Assembly (NCBI GenBank): GCA_963666315.2
Contig: CAXXHG010000030.1
Span: 1-64,000 of the forward strand
Origin: Candidatus Binatia bacterium
Lineage (GTDB): Bacteria; Desulfobacterota; Binatia; Bin18
Length of the DNA: 64,000 nt
Direction of reading: 5' to 3'
This document shows, piece after piece, positions 9,785 through 18,009 of this stretch (position 1 is its first letter; the number at the start of each line of letters is the position of its first letter). The notes under the pieces are model-generated. The model searched no databases and was not told the origin of the DNA. It saw only the letters and a program-made list of their open reading frames with translations. A program made the translations under genes and the position numbers.

Positions 9785-11341
9785 ATGCCCTCACCTGCCC
9801 ATACTGCCGATCTTCTTCTCTACGCCGGGCACATCCTCACCCTCGATCCGACCCGGCCTCGGGCGGAAGCGGTTGCTATTGCTGATGGAACGATCCTTGC
9901 GCTTGGTACCGAGCAAGAGCTCCGACCCCTTGTCTCGCAAAAAACACAGACATTGCCCTGCACGGGACATACAGTTTTACCCGGCTTTATCGATCCACAC
10001 CTGCATCTCTTTGCCTGGGCGAGCCGCTACGGTGGAGCCGATCTGAGTACGGCTCAGTCTATCCCCGCAATCCAACATCTGCTCAAGGCACGGCTGGCGA
10101 ACCTGAGGCATATCGGTTCACAAGAATGGCTGCGCGGGTATGGCTACGATGAGTTCTTTCTGACCCCCAAGCGCCATCCGAACCGGCATGACCTGGACGC
10201 CGTCACAACTGACCATCCGATTATCTTACGCCATCGGACCGGCCACGCTGCGGTATTGAATAGCACGGCGCTCCAGCGGGTCGGGATTGATGTCGACTTC
10301 ACGCCGCCTGACGGCGGAAAGATCGAACGGAGTTCGAATGGCGAAGCAACAGGCGTGGTGTATGAGCTCGAGGCCTTCCTGCGGACAGTCATGCCTCCGT
10401 TGTCTTCACAGGAATTTCAATCTGGAGTGAGAACAGTCAGCGCTGCACTCCTCAGACAAGGCATCTGCGCTTTTCATGACGCGGGTGCAGGCAACACACT
10501 GGCTGACTTGGAGCGCTTCTCTCAATTGCGCTCTGACGGGACGCTCCTCCCACACACGACGGTCATGGTGGGCATTGACGCTTTCTCTCAAGTCCTGGAT
10601 GCGAAATGCGAACCCTTCCGCCAACAGGGTCAGGTCCGTCTCGGCAGTATTAAAATCATGCTGCATGAAAGCGGGGGCGATTTGTATCCACACCCTGAGG
10701 ATCTTGCCGAAATGGTCTGGCAGGTCCATCAACACGGCTTTCAGGTTGCCATACACGCGGTCGAGGAATCGCCCGTCTGCGCAGCGCTTGAAGCGATTCA
10801 GCAGGCACAACGTCGTTTGCCTCGTTCCGATCAACGGCACCGGATTGAACACTGCACCCTGTGCCCACCACCCCTGCTCGACGCCTTGGCACAGACGGGG
10901 AGTGTTGTGGTCATGCAACCCGGCTTTCTCCATTTCTATGGAGACAAGTATGTCGCTGAGATTGATCCGGAATTGCACGAGTGGTTGTACCGGATAAAGA
11001 GCTTTCAGGATCGAGGTATTCCCGTGGTGGGAAGTTCAGACTGCCCGATTGCTCCGCAAACACCATTAGCAGCACTGCAAGCCGCAATGACGCGTCAATC
11101 TCAAACCGGTATTTCCCTCAATCCTGCCGAACGACTCTCCCTGTCTGGGGCGATAGCCCTTTTCACAAGCGCTGGGGCGTGGGTGGGGTTTGAAGAACAT
11201 CAAGCTGGCAGAATCATACCTGGAATGCGTGCAGATCTGGTTGTCCTGGATTGCGATTTGACAACGCTTCCACCTGAATCCCTAAGCAGTGCCACCGTCC
11301 AAACAACAATCATTGACGGGCAGGTTGTGTATTCGGCATAA
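9785..11341 (+). CDS. amidohydrolase (YtcJ-like, Amidohydro_3)
   Basis: PGFIDPHLH, AIHAV, RHRIEH, GSSDCP, GMRADLVVLD. Confidence 0.9.
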   Translation: MPSPAHTADLLLYAGHILTLDPTRPRAEAVAIADGTILALGTEQELRPLVSQKTQTLPCTGHTVLPGFIDPHLHLFAWASRYGGADLSTAQSIPAIQHLLKARLANLRHIGSQEWLRGYGYDEFFLTPKRHPNRHDLDAVTTDHPIILRHRTGHAAVLNSTALQRVGIDVDFTPPDGGKIERSSNGEATGVVYELEAFLRTVMPPLSSQEFQSGVRTVSAALLRQGICAFHDAGAGNTLADLERFSQLRSDGTLLPHTTVMVGIDAFSQVLDAKCEPFRQQGQVRLGSIKIMLHESGGDLYPHPEDLAEMVWQVHQHGFQVAIHAVEESPVCAALEAIQQAQRRLPRSDQRHRIEHCTLCPPPLLDALAQTGSVVVMQPGFLHFYGDKYVAEIDPELHEWLYRIKSFQDRGIPVVGSSDCPIAPQTPLAALQAAMTRQSQTGISLNPAERLSLSGAIALFTSAGAWVGFEEHQAGRIIPGMRADLVVLDCDLTTLPPESLSSATVQTTIIDGQVVYSA

Positions 11342-11350
11342 AGAAGACCT

Positions 11351-12059
11351 ATGCCCTCTCCCGCTGTCCTGTACGAAAAGGATGGGCCGTTGGCGGTTGT
11401 CAGCCTGAATCGGCCCACCATGCGCAACGCCTATAACGTCGAGATGCGGGACGATCTGTATGAGATTCTTCAGGCGGTTCGAGACGATCCCGAGGTTCGG
11501 GTCATGATCTTGCGCGGGGAGGGTCCGGGCCTTCTCGACCGGTGGAGATGTGTCGGAGTTCGGCTCAGCCCCCTCCCCGGTTCGGGCCCGAGAGGTACGC
11601 TGGCGCCGCGACAACTGGGGCACGCTGCTCCATTTGCCACAACCGACTATTGCGGCCGTCCACGGTTATACAGTCGGCGGCGGGATGGAAATGGCACTGC
11701 TGTGCGATATATGCATAGCAGCCGATGACACGGTTTTCTTTTTACCGGAAACCAGCCTGGGTATGATTCCTGGTGTGGCCGGGACCCAGACGGCGCCACG
11801 GGCAATCGGGTTAGGCTGGGCCCTGGATATGGTCCTCACTGGACGGCAAGTGAAGGCGGACGAAGCCCTGCAAATCGGCTTGGCAAATCAGGTGGTTCCT
11901 CGGGCCACCCTCTTGACGGCAGCCAAATCTCTGGCATACACACTGTCCCGTTATGATCCAAAGGTCGTAGCCCTGGCAAAACGGGCCGTCCGACAGGGGG
12001 GAGACTTGAGCTTGTCTGACGGATTACGACTGGAACAAAATCTATTTGCAATGGTGTAA
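11351..12059 (+). CDS. enoyl-CoA hydratase/isomerase; frameshift near 11530
   Basis: LNRPTMRNA in ORF 11351; IAAVHGYTVGGGMEMALLCD and LPETSLGMIPG in ORF 11550. Confidence 0.88.
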
Positions 12060-12068
12060 GGAGGGACA

Positions 12069-13624
12069 ATGAACACGTCACAGTTCATCGGCATTCCCGG
12101 CATGCTGTTTCCCGATCAGGAAATCCTGGCGTTTGAAGGCAAAAGGATGACCTATGGAGAGCTCGTGGATCGGATTAAGCGGCTGGCCAGCAGTTTGCGC
12201 GACCAGGGTATTCAGGCGGGCGACCGGGTGGCCATCCTGCAGACCAACTGCATTCAATACATCGAAGCCTATTATGCCACGGCGACCCTGGGGGCTACCT
12301 TTGTGCCGCTGAACTATCGCGCCAAACCGCCCGAACTGGAGTATATGATCACGGCGGCCAACACCAAGATCCTGTTTATAGGCGATCGTTATATTGATCA
12401 GGTCAGTCAGCTCAAACCAAATCTAGGCTGTGTCGAAAATACGTCACGCTCGAGACGCGGCGTGACGACATGCTGCACTACGACGATCTTATCGAACAGG
12501 GTTCGCCTGACATCGAGGAAGCCGAAGTAGAGGAGGACGACCTGTCCATCCTGATGTATACCAGCGGCACAACCTCCCTCCCCAAGGGCGTCATGCTCAC
12601 CTACGGTGGGTTTACCAATTATGTCATCGGTACTGTAGAAATGGCCGATGGGACGCCACGCGGCACCTCACTGCTGTGCGCCCCGCTCTACCACATCGCC
12701 GGCACCATGAATATTATGACCGCGCTCTGGAACGGTAGGAAGATCGCCGTCCTGCGCCAATTCGATACCAAAGAGTGGCTCAAGACCGTCCAGAGTGAGC
12801 AGGTGTCGCACGCCTTCGTCGTCCCAACAATGCTGAAGCAGCTCATCGACCATCCAGACTTTTCTCAATACGATCTGTCCAGCCTGCAGAACCTGTCGTA
12901 CGGCGGTGCGCCCATGGCGTTTCCGGTCATTCGCAAAGCCATCGATCTCTTTCCCGATTCGACCGGCTTTGTGAATGCCTTTGGCCAGACTGAAACCAAC
13001 TCGACCCTGACAGTGCTCGGTCCAGCGGATCACAAACTGAACGGTCCTCCGGAAGAAGTCGAGCGCAACCTCAAGCGTTTGACCTCAGTCGGCCTGCCGC
13101 TGCCGGACGTGCAAGTCCGCGTTCTCGACGAGGACAGCAAAGAACTGCCCGCCAATGAAATTGGCGAAGTCGTCATTCGCACCCCTCGCGTAATGAAGGG
13201 CTATGCCAACCAAGAGAGTGCCACAGCCGCGCTCTTGGATGAAAACGGCTGGCTGCATACCCGTGACATGGGCTATATCGATGAAGACGGCTATGTCTAT
13301 CTCGTTGGTCGCAAGGACGACATCATCATTCGCGGGGGTGAAAATATCGCGCCAGCTGAAATAGAGGCGGTCCTGCACGCCCACCCAGCCATTGACGAAG
13401 CCGCCATCATAGGCGCGCCGGACGAGGATTTTGGTCAGAAAATCGTTGCCTTTGTTGCGCTCAAACCCGGCCAGTCCGCAACCGCAGACGATGTGAGCGA
13501 TTTTTGTAAGGAACGACTGGCAAGTTTCAAAAAACCCGAGGAGATTAATTTCATCGACGAGTTACCCAAGAACCCGCTGGGCAAAGTTCTCAAGAAAGAA
13601 CTCAAAGCCCTCTATGAGGCATAA
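12069..13624 (+). CDS. long-chain acyl-CoA ligase (AMP-binding); frameshift near 12440
   Basis: YTSGTTSLPKG, FGQTE, GWLHTRDMG, RGGENI, PKNPLGKV. Confidence 0.92.
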
Positions 13625-13704
13625 AAAAAGGACGCTCATAACAAGAAGTCTCGGGGTAAAACCAAGAGACCTCCGCATAAGACCTTTTTTGTGAGGACCG
13701 GTTT

Positions 13705-14466
13705 GTGTCCGATCTGATATACGAAAAGCGCGGTAAGGTGGCGTGGCTCCGCTTATCCTGTCCAGACCAGGGCAATCGGCTCACACCGGCAATGGACCAG
13801 GAATTGGCCGCCGTCTGCCAGGCAGTCGAAGACGACGATGCTATCGAAATTGGCGTACTGACAGGCTCAGCGGACATTTTTTGCGAGGGGCTTACACAGA
13901 GCGCGGCGACTGCCCAGGATATTCGTCAGCAGTTTGGCCGCCTGCAGGCTGTTGAAGCGCTTGCGGCATTGACCAAACCGACGCTTGCTGTTCTGAACGG
14001 AAATGCGTTCGGCATCGGTCTTGAGTTGGCCTTAGGCTGCGATCTTCGCCTCGCGGTCTCTACTGCAGAGTTCGGCTTGACCCAGATTACTGAAAACCTC
14101 ATTCCTTTCGGCGGCGGGACACAACGCCTGCCGCGTATTGTGGGACAGGCAAAGGCGCTTGAAATGATTCTGACCGGCAAAAAGGTGGACGCGAACGAAG
14201 CCCACCGTATCGGCCTGGTCAGCGCAGTGGTGGCAGCGGATGATCTTTCTCCCTGTGTTGACGAAGTCCTGTCTGGTCTGTTAGGCAAAGGCCCCATCGC
14301 CTTACGACTGGGTAAAGAAGCCGTACATAAGGCGATGGACCTGACGCTGGATCAAGGGATTCGGCTGGAAGAAGATCTATACGTTCTTCTCCAGACTACC
14401 CAGGATCGAGCAGAAGGCGTAAAATCTTTTTTAGCAAAACGCAAGCCCAGGTTTACTGGACGCTAA
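13705..14466 (+). CDS. enoyl-CoA hydratase/isomerase
   Basis: GIGLELALGCDLR, PFGGGTQRLPR, EGVKSFLAKRKP; Q at the usual second catalytic Glu position (FGLTQ). Confidence 0.9.
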   Translation: MSDLIYEKRGKVAWLRLSCPDQGNRLTPAMDQELAAVCQAVEDDDAIEIGVLTGSADIFCEGLTQSAATAQDIRQQFGRLQAVEALAALTKPTLAVLNGNAFGIGLELALGCDLRLAVSTAEFGLTQITENLIPFGGGTQRLPRIVGQAKALEMILTGKKVDANEAHRIGLVSAVVAADDLSPCVDEVLSGLLGKGPIALRLGKEAVHKAMDLTLDQGIRLEEDLYVLLQTTQDRAEGVKSFLAKRKPRFTGR

Positions 14467-14489
14467 GATAAAAATAGGAGGACAGTAGT

Positions 14490-14606
14490 ATGCCAAACCA
14501 ACTCGGTAAAATGTATTTGTGTGGCAGTTGTGGTGCACAGGTTATCGTGACCAAAGGTGGAGATGGAGCAGTCAAGTGTTGCGGCGCTGAGATGCAGAAA
14601 AAATAG
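14490..14606 (+). CDS. 38-aa desulforedoxin-like Cys4 mini-protein (not in ORF track)
   Basis: Manual translation MPNQLGKMYLCGSCGAQVIVTKGGDGAVKCCGAEMQKK; AGGAGG RBS; CxxC-x15-CC. Confidence 0.88.
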   Translation: MPNQLGKMYLCGSCGAQVIVTKGGDGAVKCCGAEMQKK

Positions 14607-14669
14607 GCCGGCGCTGGAGTGGCCCCTCCCTGGACAGGTCGCTCCGAAGAGAGTGGGCAAAAGTATCGA

Positions 14670-14702
14670 AAAAGGGCAACCGCATGCGGGCGCCCTTTTT
14701 TT
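14670..14702 (+). terminator. Rho-independent terminator
   Basis: AAAAAGGGC...GCCCTTTTTTT stem-loop. Confidence 0.75.
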
Positions 14703-14835
14703 ATCACGCCTGTAGCGAAATAGCTTGAGAAACGGCGTGTTGCCAAAACCGGCCTTGCAAGAACGATTTCCGCTCGATACCATAACGTGGACTGCTAGAG
14801 TCTATTAATAGTCATGGCCAAGAGAGGTCTAAGCG

Positions 14836-15144
14836 ATGCCGGACGGCGTTCCCCCTATCTCTACAGACGAAATTCAGTCCCATATTGTTGAAGCTCTGCC
14901 TGACGCACAGGTACACATCCGCGACTACACGGGTGGCGGCGACCATTACGAAGCCGTTGTCGTGTCTTCGGCGTTTGACGGAAAAAATGCTGTGGCACGG
15001 CACCGATTGGTGTATGGAGCCCTTCAGGATGCCATGGTTGAGCGTATTCACGCGTTGACACTCAAGACTATGACACCCCAAGAATTCGAGGCCGATGCTC
15101 AGAACTCGGGGCTGGTGAATATCGAAACGAACAAAACGTCGTAA
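14836..15144 (+). CDS. bolA: BolA/IbaG family protein
   Basis: GGGDHY, FDGKNAVARHRLVY, IHALTLKT. Confidence 0.92.
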   Translation: MPDGVPPISTDEIQSHIVEALPDAQVHIRDYTGGGDHYEAVVVSSAFDGKNAVARHRLVYGALQDAMVERIHALTLKTMTPQEFEADAQNSGLVNIETNKTS

Positions 15145-15175
15145 AACACGCGCATAAGTTACAAGGAGAAAAAAT

Positions 15176-15520
15176 ATGGAAGATGCTGCTCACCTCAACG
15201 ATGCTGTTCATACCCACATTGATGAGACCGTGAAAAACAATAAAGTCCTGATCTATATGAAGGGCAATCGGGCCTTTCCGATGTGTGGCTTCTCAGCCGC
15301 AACAATTCAAATCTTTGACTCTTTCGGCATCCCGTATGAGACGGTCGACGTGCTGCAGGATCCCTCCATCCGGGACGGAATCAAACGCTATTCCAATTGG
15401 CCGACCGTTCCTCAGATCTACCTGAATGGCGAGTTCGTTGGTGGCTCCGATATCATCCAAGAAATGCACTCACGTGGGGAGTTAGAGCCTCTCGTTCGAG
15501 CGGCGGTTGAAGCAGACTAA
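15176..15520 (+). CDS. grxD: monothiol glutaredoxin Grx4
   Basis: PMCGFS, WPTVPQ, FVGGSDI; adjacent to bolA. Confidence 0.95.
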   Translation: MEDAAHLNDAVHTHIDETVKNNKVLIYMKGNRAFPMCGFSAATIQIFDSFGIPYETVDVLQDPSIRDGIKRYSNWPTVPQIYLNGEFVGGSDIIQEMHSRGELEPLVRAAVEAD

Positions 15521-15558
15521 AATTCCACGTCCCTCTTTCTTTCTCCTTTCTTCAAATA

Positions 15559-15586
15559 GTAAGGGCGCAGCATACTGCGCCCTTAC
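15559..15586. repeat. palindrome (GTA[G/A]-type REP or bidirectional terminator) between convergent genes
   Basis: GTAAGGGCGCAG-CATA-CTGCGCCCTTAC. Confidence 0.6.
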
Positions 15587-15634
15587 TTTATTTTGTGTTC
15601 TCTCATTAGGAGAGAACTGTTCGTTCTCTCGCTC

Positions 15635-16624
15635 CTATCTTGAAACTGCCACCCCCCACGGCCGGTCACCAACGTCGATCATTTTCAGCACGGTATCAGT
15701 TGTGGTGTCTATCACCGCAACCGTATTAGACCGACCGGCTGTTACGTATAGTTTCTTTCCATCCGGCGTGAGCGCCGTCCACCACACGCGCGTGCCTTCA
15801 ATCGGAATGGTCTTTATGACCGTGTTCGTTTTCGGATCAATAATGCGCACATCGTTTGATCGGCCATGGGCAACATAAATCTTTGAGCCATCGGGCAGAA
15901 TCGAGATACCGACTGGACGTTCGCCCATCTGGATCGTCTCAGCAACAGCCAATGCAGTTGTTCGAATAACAGACACCGTTCCGGTCCGCTCATTGCTCAC
16001 ATACACCCATCTTCCATCTGGCGTAAAAGCAACCCCACGCGGATTCTCACCGACTTTGACAGACGCAAGCACCGTCCTTTTCGCCGTATCAATAACTGTC
16101 ACATCGTGCGACGTTTCGTTCGGGATCATTGCCAGGCGCCCATCGGGAGAGAGCACCACGGTTTCGGGCTCTATGCCCGCAGTCACAATAGCGAAAAGCG
16201 TGTTGGAGCTAAGCTCAAAGACGCGCATCTCGCCTGCGTTCTCATTGACCACGTATAACAGTTTGCCATCCGGACTGAGATCTATGCCTTCAGGATCTAC
16301 GCCTACAGAGAACGTATCAACCACCTTATTCGTCGCAGCATCGATGACCGAGACGTCATTCGAGTTCCCATTCGCAATATACACGAGCGTATTGTCAGGT
16401 GAGATCACAACTCCACGTGGACGTTGCCCGACTTCCACTTTGGCCACGACCTCATCCGTCTTGGTATCGATCACCCACACATCGTTCGATTTCTCATGCG
16501 TCACATAGGCAAACGGCTGGGCGAAAACGGAAGACGAAAGAGCAAAAGGCAAAAAGCACACAGCAAAGGGGAGTGTCTGAGAGAAACTCCGGCGGAACAT
16601 CTTTACCAGGCTGAGTGTTGTCAT
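15635..16624 (-). CDS. YVTN-repeat beta-propeller (PQQ-catabolism associated), secreted
   Basis: Repeated xYVxN..SNxVxVID blades; signal peptide ending VFA. Confidence 0.88.
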   Translation of the reverse strand: MTTLSLVKMFRRSFSQTLPFAVCFLPFALSSSVFAQPFAYVTHEKSNDVWVIDTKTDEVVAKVEVGQRPRGVVISPDNTLVYIANGNSNDVSVIDAATNKVVDTFSVGVDPEGIDLSPDGKLLYVVNENAGEMRVFELSSNTLFAIVTAGIEPETVVLSPDGRLAMIPNETSHDVTVIDTAKRTVLASVKVGENPRGVAFTPDGRWVYVSNERTGTVSVIRTTALAVAETIQMGERPVGISILPDGSKIYVAHGRSNDVRIIDPKTNTVIKTIPIEGTRVWWTALTPDGKKLYVTAGRSNTVAVIDTTTDTVLKMIDVGDRPWGVAVSR

Positions 16625-16633
16625 GAGCCCTCC

Positions 16634-17083
16634 CTATTCATGAGCCGGAACAGCAGCTTTTTCGCATGCTGTTCCAGGGGCCGTTGCGGCAATATCCTCT
16701 TTGCACTGCGAGGCAGATCGAACATAGGCAAGGATTTGCCACAGCATGTCATCCGGCAATTGTCCGGCAAAGCCGACCATCTCGGTCTTGGGCACGCCAT
16801 CGCTTACCACGTTGAACATTTCAGCGTCCGTGCCCTTGCCGTTTTTCCATTCACAATCAAATAAGTTGGGGCATTTCCCATCCCGATCAGCCCCGGCTTT
16901 CACATGACAATAGCCCGCACATACCGCCTCAAAGAGCATCTGGCCCTCGGCAATAGCAGCCGCATCACCCGCAACAGGATTCGTCTGCGCCTCATCGGCG
17001 TACCCCGCCGTAGGAGCAGAGGAGCCAAGCAGAATGACGCTCGCCAACAGAACACCGGACAGGCTTTTCATATTCCTCCTCAT
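16634..17083 (-). CDS. periplasmic c-type cytochrome (XoxG/PedF position) with CX3CH motif
   Basis: Signal peptide; AIAEGQMLFEAVCAGYCH; distal Met in GVPKTEMVGF; WQILAYVRS. Confidence 0.75.
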   Translation of the reverse strand: MRRNMKSLSGVLLASVILLGSSAPTAGYADEAQTNPVAGDAAAIAEGQMLFEAVCAGYCHVKAGADRDGKCPNLFDCEWKNGKGTDAEMFNVVSDGVPKTEMVGFAGQLPDDMLWQILAYVRSASQCKEDIAATAPGTACEKAAVPAHE

Positions 17084-18003
17084 TTCTTTGTCTTTGCCGC
17101 TTCGCGTGAAAGTTTAAACATGTCCATCACGTCGTACGCCTTCTTAAATGGCGCATAAAAGGGAATTCCATAGTACGCGGCAATAGTCTGAAGATCCCCA
17201 GAATTTCTCAGTTTGGTCAGCGCTGCGTCAATGTCGGCACGCAAGGCTGCATCCTCTTTGCGGGTAGCAACATGTTCATTCCAGCGCGCGACCGAGAGTG
17301 GTTCAGCCGTGGCAAAAGTAAGCTTCGCCTCAGGGTGGTTCTTCGCGTACCAGCCCGCGGTTGGTCCCCATAGGAAGGCGAGCTCAGCTTCTTCTTGTAT
17401 GAGTGCGTCTAGCGCTTCCTCGGTTGAGAAAAACGTCCGCATGGGGAGCTTGAGAGACTCAAGAATAAAGCCGGCAATGGTTTGGGCTTGGACCGCAACT
17501 GCTTGCTGCTCAACCTCGTGCAAGGAAGCCGGCGTCTGGCCCTCGCGACCGACGAGTTCGAAGGCTGCCCCATAGTAGGCGAGTCCCAGTGTGACCTGAG
17601 GTGACTCGCGTACCGCGTCCCGGCCCGGCACGCTCAAAATCGCGTCACATTCGTTTTTTGACAAACGACGCAACGGAAAATCACTCTCGTCAACTTCGGT
17701 GATGCGTTCCTCATGTTTGACCCAGACAGGAACCAACGTTCGTCCCAGTGTCTTGGCAAGGGCCTGGGCCACCTCAAAATCAAACCCTTTTTCTTCCTGC
17801 TGAGTAGAAAAAGGCAGATTATTTGCCAGCAAGCACACGCGCAGCTGCGACGAGGGGCCGGCAAACAACTGCGCCGGAATCATTGAGAAAAAGAGCAAGA
17901 AAAAGAGACTTGCGCCTGGAGCGACTCTACTCTCCAGGCGCGAGAGCCCGGCGGTCACTCCAGTCGAGACGAAAGGGTGCAGAAAAATATACGACGTTCT
18001 CAC
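17080..18003 (-). CDS. XoxJ/MxaJ-like periplasmic substrate-binding protein
   Basis: LRVCLLANNLPFS, GFDFEVA, LWGPTAGWY; directly downstream of the PQQ dehydrogenase. Confidence 0.85.
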   Translation of the reverse strand: MRTSYIFLHPFVSTGVTAGLSRLESRVAPGASLFFLLFFSMIPAQLFAGPSSQLRVCLLANNLPFSTQQEEKGFDFEVAQALAKTLGRTLVPVWVKHEERITEVDESDFPLRRLSKNECDAILSVPGRDAVRESPQVTLGLAYYGAAFELVGREGQTPASLHEVEQQAVAVQAQTIAGFILESLKLPMRTFFSTEEALDALIQEEAELAFLWGPTAGWYAKNHPEAKLTFATAEPLSVARWNEHVATRKEDAALRADIDAALTKLRNSGDLQTIAAYYGIPFYAPFKKAYDVMDMFKLSREAAKTKK

Positions 18004-18009
18004 TCCAGC

